The translations under genes were made by a program, and so were the position numbers. DNA of 64,000 nucleotides from Podarcis gaigeae. Lineage: Eukaryota. Positions 63,230 to 64,000 of this stretch are shown piece after piece. The notes under the pieces are model-generated. The model had not been told where the DNA came from and made no database searches. It was given only the letters and a program-made list of their open reading frames with translations. The stretch lies in the NCBI GenBank assembly GCA_964106915.2, contig OZ066923.1; one strand, written 5' to 3'. Each line of letters begins with the position of its first letter. The stretch's first letter is position 1.

Positions 63230-63690
63230 CTGCAATATACCCTGGGACAACCGGGAAGGTGTCTTTCTGGAGTGACTCTATGGGATCAGAGTTGGAGGTG
63301 GTTGTTTTTTTGACCTGCATGGTCACTATGAGAGAGTGGTGTTGGGTGACACCTGCTCAACCTCCTTGGCTTTGAGGCCATGGGGTGCCATTATTCCCCA
63401 ATGCTGTTTATGAAACCATTGGGAGGGGGGGGGTTGGAACAATGTGTTATCACTCTGCTGGTGACACCCCCCTCTGTTTCTGTTTCAGCTGAGTCAGGTG
63501 AAGCTGTGGAAGTTCTAGATCAGTGTAGCAGGGGCTCGATGAGGACCAGTAAGCTGAACCTGCATCCTGACAAGATGGAGGTTCTGTTGGTGGGTCACTC
63601 CTGGGTTCAGGAATTGGGAAGATGCTTGTTCTGGGTGGGGTTGCATTCCCTCTGCAGTAAAAACTTGCATAGTCTTTGGGTGCTCACCAA
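63230..63690 (+). mobile_element. Degenerate L2 ORF2 (RT) fragment
   Basis: MRTSKLNLHPDKMEVLLV resembles L2 MRANKLKLNPDKTEVL; boundaries approximate. Confidence 0.7.
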
Positions 63691-63751
63691 GGCCTTTGAT
63701 GGTGTTCCATTCCAGGATGGATGTGCATTTTTACTGCTTAGTTGTAATTTA

Positions 63752-63977
63752 CAGTGGTACCTCGGGTTACATACGCTTCAGGTTCCAGGTTCCGCTAACC
63801 CAGAAATAGTGCTTCAGGTTAATAACTTTGCTTCAGGTTGAGAACAGAAATTGTGCTCCAGCGGTGCAGCGGCAGCGGGAGGCCCCATTAGCTAAAGTGG
63901 TGCTTCAGGTTAAGAACAGTTTCAGGTTAAGTACGGACCCCCGGAATGAATTAAGTTCTTAACCCAGGGTACTACTG
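63752..63977. mobile_element. Tc1/pogo-like MITE
   Basis: TIRs CAGTGGTACC; TA TSD. Confidence 0.9.
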
Positions 63978-64000
63978 TATCTGCCTTCCTTTAATCTGAT

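Noticed and set aside
25233-63977. Recurrent CAGTGGTACC repeats as a CRISPR-like array
   Set aside because: They are dispersed inverted termini of MITEs with TA TSDs in eukaryotic DNA, not regularly spaced direct repeats

Overview
Eukaryotic, repeat-rich, essentially non-coding vertebrate DNA. Several Sauria SINEs plus L2, CR1, L1, Penelope and hAT/Tc1-mariner MITEs point to a squamate, most likely a lacertid lizard (inference). I could not support any host protein-coding exon. The recognisable ORFs are LINE remnants and the rest look like chance ORFs. The main host landmark is a CpG-island promoter at about 48.05-49.3 kb. It has a non-coding first exon on the minus strand (donor at 48477) and a strong plus-strand donor at 49392, so it may be bidirectional. 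Toward lower coordinates lies a chain of candidate minus-strand exons, mostly non-coding, that look like the 5' UTR of a gene whose CDS lies outside the window; I cannot name the gene. Most notable observations: (1) a Penelope-like insertion with inverted ends and a 13-bp TSD that carries an intact minimal hammerhead ribozyme; (2) a composite MITE that has captured a near-identical 162-bp copy of sequence from 5.7 kb away; (3) a hairpin made of two inverted SINE heads interrupted by a hAT MITE; (4) four hAT MITEs of exactly 136 bp with a shared core and co-varying termini. I found no convincing wholly new biological system.
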